Positions 38,501 to 44,360 of a DNA stretch of 44,360 nucleotides are shown piece by piece. Below the pieces are notes generated by a model. That model ran no database searches and had not been told where the DNA came from. It worked only from the letters and a program-made list of their open reading frames with translations. Origin of the DNA: a virus (Duplodnaviria > Caudoviricetes); the IMG/VR virus record IMGVR_UViG_3300028588_000037, positions 1 through 44,360 of that record; one strand, 5' to 3'. Every line of letters begins with the position of its first letter. Position 1 is the stretch's first letter. A program made the translations under genes and the position numbers.

Positions 38501-38921
38501 GGTGAACTTCCTGACGGGCGAGATCTATATGCCCGGCCTGCAAGTTTACAACCGCCAGTTGACGCTGGATAAACCGATCATCCTCAACCCGGTCCTGTCG
38601 CCGTTCAAGGTCAGCGTGGTCAACTCGCTGAACCAGTACGACTACAACCTTTATCGCCAAAGCACCGATGCATACGCCGGCCTGTACATCGCTACCGTCG
38701 ACAGCGGCAACGATGGCGCCACGTTCAACTGGGCCGTTTCCGGCCCGTGGCCGTGCTGGCTGGTGCAGGACTCCACTTCAAACCGCGTGCAGCTGCACAT
38801 CAACATGAAGGGCGGCGCCGCGCTCGTCGGCGACGAAGGCGACTTCAATATATCCCTCTCCGTAACGAAGGGCGGCAATACCGTTCAAAGCGGCACGTTC
38901 GTCGTCGCCAGGGCGAGTTAA
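35529..38921 (+). CDS. Tail fibre / receptor-binding protein, multidomain
   Basis: 1130 aa; lower-GC central part; carbohydrate-binding-like, knob-like (TWRRT...WGAW) and SPRY/ConA-like segments. Confidence 0.82.
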   Translation: MATVVNFIDTTLRAAATRGVNLPTADIQLLLDSPGFHVAVDGSITPASITVTATLVDLDAPALNFNSVGGDMSNVTAKSVSVSGASMLGTSATVIASVTVNGALYTKSCTIWKVQDGAPGISTPGARGAGHYYASGSAWTDALANVSVPSPKVAGDVVTISSGTFVMEKRWTGSAWVDNGVVIDGKVIVPQSITAGSIDTRGLSIRDAAGNVILAAGSALPAAYAASGTVNADLVPSIQAAATTATLAGLDAGLGGRNMLANTLPNSLLTPDGGYSSAFADGAYGDAVAYAGPDNQYAVWSPERRGNVYFRMWGPVGARADIYLNPRYKVVARQRYEFSATISAHRCRAYVSIAWYRADGSYIIEHAGSYIDGTQWSADDKSAPPRSVVIVAAPDDAVAAMPFLRALKTSDAGSDAYAFGSQFYMGEALPNQTVASPYSMGVTEARDMAAAALVKYETLAADGVLDRGEKSSQLIPLWNDESAAWTALRARAVALGLDVSPYDGPYYAASNYLSGLYPYWNDVTNDTQIVRSDFNTIFNNLSQARSGMQSTIAAKAATMASGVTLDTNGRLLGAGGGQVQNLPVVDGARNVNYAPRDYGVCHLKEFKEANAIGIPTMPGGYCTLETMKPWIDSSGGNATQWAYVNDQTWRRTAPCGAASWGAWVRDLDRTAYTGDLNASSDIVLVGRGVVINGNAATKNTGVSQWGDADCYSVDSYYGGAYASAVVVNPAGCAFMFGLNSDVTTDASYQSLDYAIYNEYGSLYVYNSGNPYNGGQKLDSLYEGDIISVKYDSAYMYYERNGLRFLTLPAPPNLKLSLDSAFHTNGMTLKNIKFGPMSDVAAGVAAYNNIPAINNELGKRLNAEASNILRAPITITTGGGLVVGSLTYDATNGLRGSGSGVAITPYGAIAHNGTKYTFSLSGGSGDASFGGNLDAAYGSFGNLRVAPGGAICSGPFYGAWSWNGASAAGGFQISEQGILGGNRDNPNIGYFQVNFLTGEIYMPGLQVYNRQLTLDKPIILNPVLSPFKVSVVNSLNQYDYNLYRQSTDAYAGLYIATVDSGNDGATFNWAVSGPWPCWLVQDSTSNRVQLHINMKGGAALVGDEGDFNISLSVTKGGNTVQSGTFVVARAS

Positions 38922-38929
38922 GGAAAACC

Positions 38930-39586
38930 ATGTCTCAATATGTCGCAGTGCAAACATCGACCCGCCGCATCGAATTCAAGTACGGGGCGATGGGGAAGCC
39001 TGATCCGGAGGGCTACACCGGGCCACTGACCGGCGCGCCGCCGCCTTTCCCGACCAGCCAGGTGGTGTGGATGCCGTGGCAGGGCCGGCTGCGCATGAGC
39101 GAGGCGCCCACGCTTACATCGGTGTACATGTGGACCGACGCCGGCCCGGCCTGGGTCGAGCGCGCCCCGCTGGAGATCGTCGCCGCGCGCGCAATCGCTG
39201 CGATGGATGCTGAGGGCGATGCAGCCCGGCTGCAGGTGATCGGCGATCCAACAAAAGTCTTGGAGTACCAGCTGGCCGAGGCGCAGGCCCGGCCGTACGC
39301 CGCCGCCGGCTACCTGGGCGCGGCGCCGGAGTGCGTCGCCAGCTGGGCCGACGCGAAGCGATGGGCGAACGCTGGCGAGCCATGGACCGGCCAGCAGGCG
39401 GCCGACGACATCATCGCCACGGCCGACCGCTGGTACGGCGCCCTGGAGCGTATCCGGCGCCTGCGCCTGGACGCAAAGGAACGCGTGCGTGCGGCGCTGG
39501 CCGCCGGTGCGGCACTTGCCGACGTCGACGCCATCGCCCAGCAGTTTTCAACCGATTTATCCAACCTGATGAAAGGGCTTCAATGA
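38930..39586 (+). CDS. Tail fibre assembly-like protein
   Basis: TAAGGA RBS; EYQLAE.QA..Y...GY.G..P..V.SWA...AADDIIA.A..W...L..IR.LRL.AK. Confidence 0.7.
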   Translation: MSQYVAVQTSTRRIEFKYGAMGKPDPEGYTGPLTGAPPPFPTSQVVWMPWQGRLRMSEAPTLTSVYMWTDAGPAWVERAPLEIVAARAIAAMDAEGDAARLQVIGDPTKVLEYQLAEAQARPYAAAGYLGAAPECVASWADAKRWANAGEPWTGQQAADDIIATADRWYGALERIRRLRLDAKERVRAALAAGAALADVDAIAQQFSTDLSNLMKGLQ

Positions 39587-40050
39587 AGGTCGCATTCTAT
39601 AAAGGAACGCACGCCGGCCTGCCGGGCATCTATAACCGCCTGGTGCGCTGGTGGACCCGCAGCCAGTACTCGCACGCTGAGCTGGTATTCGAAGACGGCC
39701 AGGCCGCATCGTCATCGGCCATGGACGGCGGCGTGCGCCTCAAGGTGATCGAGTTCGACCCGGCCTTGTGGGACTTCGTCCCGGTGCCGGCTGGCCTGGC
39801 GCCGGCGGCGCGCACCTGGTTTGCTGAGCATGCCGGCGAGGCCTACGACATGCTGGGCAACCTGCACTTCGTGATCAGTGCCGTCGGCGACGATAAGCGC
39901 AAGTGGTTCTGCAGCGAGGCGGTGGCCGCGGCGCTGGGCATTCCGGATCCCGAACGATTCGACCCCGGGACGCTCCATGCAGCGCTCTGCTTCATCAACC
40001 AACCGGCCCAGGCCGGTTTTTTTACGCCTGTCACGGAAGGGCAGCAATGA
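39583..40050 (+). CDS. Permuted papain-like (NlpC/P60, YiiX-type) protein
   Basis: His before Cys: YSHAELV ... G..YD ... KWFCSE. Confidence 0.75.
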   Translation: MKVAFYKGTHAGLPGIYNRLVRWWTRSQYSHAELVFEDGQAASSSAMDGGVRLKVIEFDPALWDFVPVPAGLAPAARTWFAEHAGEAYDMLGNLHFVISAVGDDKRKWFCSEAVAAALGIPDPERFDPGTLHAALCFINQPAQAGFFTPVTEGQQ

Positions 40051-40247
40051 AACCAATGAACAATTTTGAGTGGACCAGCATCGCCGGCGCCGTTTCGTCC
40101 ATCCTGGCGTCGCTGACGCTCGAGCGCGCGGGCATCATCGCCGGCATCGTCACCGCCCTGGTGACGTGCGCGGCCAATGTCCTCTACATGCTGCGCAAGG
40201 ACCGCCGAGAAGAACGTGCGCTTGACGCGCAGCTGGGAGTCAAATAA
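40047..40247 (+). CDS. Holin-like small membrane protein with possible dual start
   Basis: MKPMNN...; TM AGIIAGIVTALVTCAANVLYML; charged tail RKDRREER. Confidence 0.7.
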   Translation: MKPMNNFEWTSIAGAVSSILASLTLERAGIIAGIVTALVTCAANVLYMLRKDRREERALDAQLGVK

Positions 40248-40714
40248 TGCTGTCGGCCATCATTTCCTTCTTCGGCGGCTCGGTGTTCCGGATGATCTGG
40301 GGCGAGCTTTCGACCTGGCTGACGGCGCGCCAGGATCACACGCAGGAGATCGAGCGCCTGCGCCTGCAGGGCGAGATGGACGGCGCCGCACACGCGCGCA
40401 ACCTGGAGTCGATCCGCGTCCAGGCCGAGCTGGGCGTGCAGACCATCCGCGTCCAGGGAGAGGCCGACCTATCGCGGATCGACGCCGGCGTGTTTGGTCA
40501 GGCCGTCGAGCTGACCGGCAAGCAGACCGGTTTCGCCCTGGTCGACATCTGGAACGGGATCATTCGGCCGGCGCTGGCCACCGAATGCATGCTGCTGTGG
40601 AGCCTGCACCTGTACCGACACAACTGGACGCTGGACGAGCAGGGCTGGGCGCTGGTCGGCGCCGCGCTGGGCATCTTCGTCGCCGATCGCACGCTGCTGA
40701 AGCGGGGCAAATGA
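40247..40714 (+). CDS. Membrane protein of the lysis cassette (3TM-holin-like)
   Basis: Amphipathic N-terminus, coiled coil, NGIIRP motif, two hydrophobic segments, F..R..K tail. Confidence 0.65.
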   Translation: MLSAIISFFGGSVFRMIWGELSTWLTARQDHTQEIERLRLQGEMDGAAHARNLESIRVQAELGVQTIRVQGEADLSRIDAGVFGQAVELTGKQTGFALVDIWNGIIRPALATECMLLWSLHLYRHNWTLDEQGWALVGAALGIFVADRTLLKRGK

Positions 40715-41175
40715 TGACCCGGGCCGAGTTCGAAGCGCTCGCCGTCCAGGTGGCGGCGGCGCTGGCCCGGCGCTTCGAAGGGCTGTACTTGCTGCCCTAC
40801 CTGTGCCCGGCCGGCGTGCCGACCATCGGTTTCGGCGCGACTTATTACGAGAACGGCGTGCGCGTGACGCTGAAGAATCCGGCGATCACGCGCGCCCGCG
40901 CCGAGGCGCTGCTGCTGTGGCTGGTGCGCACGATCTACCTGCCGGCGGTGCTGAAGCTGTGCCCGGGCGTCGACACGCCGCAGCGCCTGGCCGCGCTGAT
41001 CGACTTCGCCTTCAACCTGGGCGCTGGCAACCTGGCCGCCAGCACGCTGCGCAAGCGCGTGAATGCTGGCCGGTGGGCGGACGTGCCGGCCGAGATCAGG
41101 AAATGGAACCGCGGGGGAGGGCGGGTGCTGCGCGGCCTTGTGCTGCGCCGCGAGGCGGAGGTGGCGCTGATCTAA
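40711..41175 (+). CDS. Endolysin, GH24 lysozyme
   Basis: FEGLYLLPYLCPAGVPTIGFG (E-x8-C-x5-T), ALIDFAFNLG, STL, GLVLRREAE. Confidence 0.93.
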   Translation: MMTRAEFEALAVQVAAALARRFEGLYLLPYLCPAGVPTIGFGATYYENGVRVTLKNPAITRARAEALLLWLVRTIYLPAVLKLCPGVDTPQRLAALIDFAFNLGAGNLAASTLRKRVNAGRWADVPAEIRKWNRGGGRVLRGLVLRREAEVALI

Positions 41176-41179
41176 GACA

Positions 41180-41533
41180 CTACTTGGTCTCGGCCGGCGC
41201 GGTGATGGTTTTGCCGGCGGCTTGCTGCTCGCATAGGGCGTACAGTTTATCGGTCACACCTTTTGATGAAAGAATGCGCACCATTCGATCCATCTGCCCA
41301 GAACACTGCTCATAATCCCGCCTTGCTTCCTGAGCTGACCGCGAAAGGGAGGGGCTTGCTATCGACTCGTCGAAACTGCTTTTCCAATTTGTCCGGGCCT
41401 TGCACGCCTCCTTTACCAGGTCGTTGGTCGACATGTCCTTCATTTCCTGATAGTCGAGCGCGACGCAGGGCCCAGCGAAGGCTGGCGCCGCAACGGCGCA
41501 GAGGAGGGCGAGGGCGGCGGTGATCTTGATCAT
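41180..41533 (-). CDS. Secreted/periplasmic protein with four Cys in the mature part
   Basis: Signal peptide MIKITAALALLCAVAAPAFA; converges on the endolysin with a 4-nt gap. Confidence 0.72.
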   Translation of the reverse strand: MIKITAALALLCAVAAPAFAGPCVALDYQEMKDMSTNDLVKEACKARTNWKSSFDESIASPSLSRSAQEARRDYEQCSGQMDRMVRILSSKGVTDKLYALCEQQAAGKTITAPAETK

Positions 41534-41602
41534 GATGCATCCAGGGTAGGGCGGCATCTACGCGTGCCGTGTCGCACGCGCGAGTATATCTCGGACGTAA
41601 AA

Positions 41603-41824
41603 TTAGATTCCTTGCACTGGAGAATAATTTTTGGAGGTGAATCCTTCTGGGTCCACGTCAGATACCGGTACTTCGAACGGTACGCCTATGCGAATAGCGC
41701 CGATATTCTCGATCGCGCGCTCCTCAGCGAGGCGCGTGGAAGTGACCAACTCATCGGTTACGATGTTGTAAATTTGAAACTTATAGACTCGTACCGTGCT
41801 GCCCTTCGATGCGATAACTGCCAT
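41603..41824 (-). CDS. 73-aa hypothetical moron protein
   Basis: GAGGAG RBS; lower GC; natural-looking composition. Confidence 0.65.
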   Translation of the reverse strand: MAVIASKGSTVRVYKFQIYNIVTDELVTSTRLAEERAIENIGAIRIGVPFEVPVSDVDPEGFTSKNYSPVQGI

Positions 41825-41885
41825 GAGTGCTCCTCAATTTTAGGCCAAGGGCCAAAGTTTCCTGGTTCTTGGGGGATGGAAGTTT

Positions 41886-41894
41886 TGCTATACT
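41886..41894 (+). promoter_or_regulatory. Extended -10 promoter for the kinase gene (leaderless)
   Basis: TGcTATACT ends 6 nt before ATG 41901; no SD sequence. Confidence 0.55.
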
Positions 41895-41900
41895 CTCTGG

Positions 41901-42629
41901 ATGAACACCTACTCTGGCATTTTAATCGCATTTGACGGCATCGACGGCGCTGGCAAAACCACGCAGGTACTTTTGCTCAAAAGCGTCCTTGAAGGCCTTG
42001 GCGAGACCGTTGTTATTTCCAAGGAACCCACCGATGGCGAGTGGGGCCAAAAGCTCAGAGACTCCGCCCTGACGGGCCGCATGCCGTTTGACGAGGAACT
42101 TGAGACATTTATACGCGACCGACAAGATCATTTGACTCGAAAGGTCATCCCTGCTCTGGAAGCGGGAAGCGTTGTCATCTTGGATCGTTATTTCTACTCG
42201 ACGATCGCCTACCAAGGCATACTCGTGGCAGACCACGCGACGATCGAGCAGCAAGTCCGCGCAAATGTTGTTACCCCCGACGTAGCCTACTGGATGGACG
42301 TGCCTGCCGACTTGGCGGTCGGTCGAGTTATTTCAAGAGACGGACGACCTAACCTTTTTGAGCGTCAAGAAGACCTTGATAAGGCGGGAAAAATATTTCG
42401 CTCAATAGCCGACTCTGACCCTGTCCTTCGCAAGGTTGACGCAACTTTGTCAATTTCGGCTTTACATCGACTCATCGTCGGCGACTTAATGGACGGCGCG
42501 TTCAAAGCAAAGCGTTGCAGAAAGTCGTACGGTTGCGATGATCCCGTCTACTGCACCCCACGGCTCACGCATTCGTGTGACTGGTGGCAGGCTAAGCAAA
42601 AATTAGCATCCGTCCTTGAAGCGTTGTAA
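41901..42629 (+). CDS. tmk: Thymidylate kinase family protein with C-terminal 4-Cys extension
   Basis: FDGIDGAGKTTQ P-loop, KEP, LDRYFYSTIAYQG; tail CRKSYGCDDPVYCTPRLTHSC. Confidence 0.88.
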   Translation: MNTYSGILIAFDGIDGAGKTTQVLLLKSVLEGLGETVVISKEPTDGEWGQKLRDSALTGRMPFDEELETFIRDRQDHLTRKVIPALEAGSVVILDRYFYSTIAYQGILVADHATIEQQVRANVVTPDVAYWMDVPADLAVGRVISRDGRPNLFERQEDLDKAGKIFRSIADSDPVLRKVDATLSISALHRLIVGDLMDGAFKAKRCRKSYGCDDPVYCTPRLTHSCDWWQAKQKLASVLEAL

Positions 42630-42685
42630 GACGCTTTTCCCCAATTTTTGACTGTAGGCGTGTGCAGCTGACTTGGATGATCAGG

Positions 42686-42811
42686 TCAGTTGGCTGCCTC
42701 GTGAGTCGGCGCGATTTTTGGCGGAGCCCGGTGCAGATCCTTGGCCTTGATCTGCGTGTACCTAGCCGTCATCTTGCAGTCGTGGTGGCCTGATACCACG
42801 GAGCCGATCAT
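42686..42811 (-). pseudogene. C-terminal fragment of a second tyrosine recombinase
   Basis: Manual translation MIGSVVSGHHDCKMTARYTQIKAKDLHR...; GH-x4-MT-x-RY box II motif. Confidence 0.65.
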
Positions 42812-44058
42812 GCAGCCGCGCGTCCAATCGGGACCACGTTCCACTTATCGCCACGCTCGCACGTCGCAAGGTATGCGGCCCATAGCTCTAGCGCCTGGCG
42901 CCGCTCAGGGATCTCCTCGCGGACGTCATAAATTCCCTCCATCCCCTTGAGCGTGTGATTTAGTGCGATCTCGGAGATCTCGCGCGAGACGCCCAGGTTG
43001 CGCATGTGTCCCTTCGCCGTGCTGCGCGTATCGTGTGGAGTGAAACGTCGCGTTTCGATATCGCCTCGTTCGAATGCCCGCGTGATTGCTGCCCACAGTG
43101 TATTGCGGCTGACGTGCGAGTCCCCGCGTTGCTTTGTTCTGGCCGGGAGCACCCACGCCGCGCCGTCGGCCAACTGCTTCAGCTGCTTGAACCATTGCAG
43201 GACCGTGGGCGTGAGCGGGACAAGGAATCCGACCCGGGTCTTCACTGTGTCATCAGGCACAAACCATGTGCCCCGGTCGAAATCTATATGCTCCCACTGC
43301 GCTTTGACAAGTTCCACAGTGCGCACACAGGTGGCCAGCAGTATCCGGAACGCCAGCGCGTTTTCGGTACCAATGTCTTCGACGCCGGCCAGCAGCTTCC
43401 GCAGCTCGTCTTCTGAAAGCATCACGCGCTTTCGAACTGGTGGCCGGGGCCCCATCAGCGCGCTCAGCTTGATGCCGGCCGCGGGATTGAGGCGGACAAG
43501 TTGACGTCCGATGGCGTGGTCGAATAGCTTACTTACCGATGTCAGTATCCTTTTCTGCATCGTCCAGGTCCGGCCAGACTTGTCCAGCATGTCGACGATC
43601 TCCTCGGGCGACACTGCTCGGACCTCAAGTGAGCCCAGTCGAGGCAGGATCACGTTGTCGAGGTCCCACTTACGGTAGTAGACGGTGCCCTCCGCAAATT
43701 CACCGCGGTCGAGAGCCTTCTCTATATAGTCTCTCGCCAACTCACGCACGATCCAGGCGCCGCGGGTGGCGAGCCTTTCCTTGCGCTTTTCTGCAACCGG
43801 GTCCTGCCCCTTGTCGACGGCAACCCGGTGCTCGGCTGCAAGCTTCCGCGCTGCGGCCAGCGTCAGGTCGGGATAGTTCCCGAGTGTCAATTCCCGCGCG
43901 CGACCTCCTAACATATAGCGCAGGACCCAGGTCGACGTGCCGGCTTTCGACAGGGTATATGTCAGACCTCCGCCATCAGATTTCGCAACCGGGTCACCGG
44001 TCGCAATCCAGCGCCGTATCTGCATGTCGCTGAGTAAATTGACGCCTCGCTTTGCCAT
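42808..44058 (-). CDS. int: Tyrosine integrase (P4-like, with arm-binding domain)
   Basis: DGGGL...W.LRY...LG.YP..LA.AR arm domain; catalytic R (TCVR), K (VKT), HxxR (HDTR), H (LNH), Y (GIYD). Confidence 0.96.
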   Translation of the reverse strand: MAKRGVNLLSDMQIRRWIATGDPVAKSDGGGLTYTLSKAGTSTWVLRYMLGGRARELTLGNYPDLTLAAARKLAAEHRVAVDKGQDPVAEKRKERLATRGAWIVRELARDYIEKALDRGEFAEGTVYYRKWDLDNVILPRLGSLEVRAVSPEEIVDMLDKSGRTWTMQKRILTSVSKLFDHAIGRQLVRLNPAAGIKLSALMGPRPPVRKRVMLSEDELRKLLAGVEDIGTENALAFRILLATCVRTVELVKAQWEHIDFDRGTWFVPDDTVKTRVGFLVPLTPTVLQWFKQLKQLADGAAWVLPARTKQRGDSHVSRNTLWAAITRAFERGDIETRRFTPHDTRSTAKGHMRNLGVSREISEIALNHTLKGMEGIYDVREEIPERRQALELWAAYLATCERGDKWNVVPIGRAAA

Positions 44059-44092
44059 AGTCCTTGCCTCAGGTAATTAACGCCATTTCGTA

Positions 44093-44162
44093 GCTAGCTA
44101 CAAATCTAGCTACAATTTCAGTATGCGTCAGTGAGATTCAGTAAGAGACAGCAGGATACAAC
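44093..44162. promoter_or_regulatory. Putative Int arm-type sites and 10-bp-phased repeats
   Basis: GCTAGCTACAA (44093), TCTAGCTACAA (44105); TCAGT at 44118, 44128 and 44138, then ACAGC at 44148 and ACAAC at 44158. Confidence 0.65.
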
Positions 44163-44233
44163 ATCAGCGCGACTCATAGAGCAAAAACTCGACGGTCAGC
44201 GTCATGTGGAGACAGCTAAAGCTACCTGTTAAG

Positions 44234-44254
44234 ATTCCAAGTAGCGATTTTCAT
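44234..44254. repeat. Right attachment site (int-proximal), containing the displaced original xth 5' end
   Basis: attccaagtagcgattttcat; minus strand reads ATG AAA ATC GCT ACT TGG AAT CTT AAC AGG TAG (MKIATWNLNR*). Confidence 0.93.
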
Positions 44255-44360
44255 ATTGATAAACCTGTTATTTCACACCGGACTGTCCGGGGTAACTTTG
44301 CGCAGTATCAATGTTCGAGTCAAAACCTGCAATGGTTGCTAGACTTCAACAATATTCGAC

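Larger units (their letters stand above)
116..44254. mobile_element. Temperate siphovirus prophage (HK97-type head, lambda-like regulation), apparently complete
   Basis: Bounded by 21-bp att direct repeats; contains int, xis, cI/cro, replication, Q, packaging, head, tail and lysis genes in canonical order with no obvious frameshifted core gene. Confidence 0.97.

Noticed and set aside
2314-41551. KOPS-like GGGNAGGG octamers (+ strand at 2314, 3563, 41114, 41544) as polarised targets for the FtsK-gamma protein
   Set aside because: An opposite-strand copy exists at 4063-4070, counts are small and by eye, and the host KOPS motif is unknown
41564-41935. Plus-strand 123-aa ORF before tmk
   Set aside because: Antisense to the 73-aa ORF that has a strong GAGGAG RBS, and overlaps the tmk promoter and start
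44255-44360. tRNA or tmRNA as the integration target
   Set aside because: No cloverleaf at either end; the att repeat lies in xth coding sequence

Overview
The window is almost entirely one apparently intact, ~44.1-kb temperate siphovirus prophage (116..44254) in a high-GC bacterium, probably a betaproteobacterium (inferred, not shown). It is integrated into the first codons of the host exodeoxyribonuclease III gene (xth) and bounded by a 21-bp att repeat with one mismatch. Gene order from left to right: xis and early-left genes; a lambda-like cI/cro switch with visible operators; a replication module (ParB-like protein with two FtsK-gamma domains, SF2 helicase, TOPRIM primase); a ~470-nt densely structured non-coding region; ninG and Q; an MqsRA toxin-antitoxin moron; a chain of tiny late genes including a double CCHC zinc-knuckle protein; HNH, terminase, portal, ClpP-type protease and HK97 capsid; an inserted fibre-like module; tail genes with a -1 frameshift chaperone, tape measure and mosaic fibre; a lysis cassette with no recognisable spanins; a moron block with a Cys-tailed thymidylate kinase; and the tyrosine integrase followed by a fragment of a second recombinase. 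The strongest novelty candidates are the structured element after the primase, the nucleocapsid-like zinc-knuckle protein, the ParB/FtsK-gamma fusion, the xth/int promoter swap caused by integration, and the moron kinase. All calls come from reading motifs by eye; no searches or folding programs were run.
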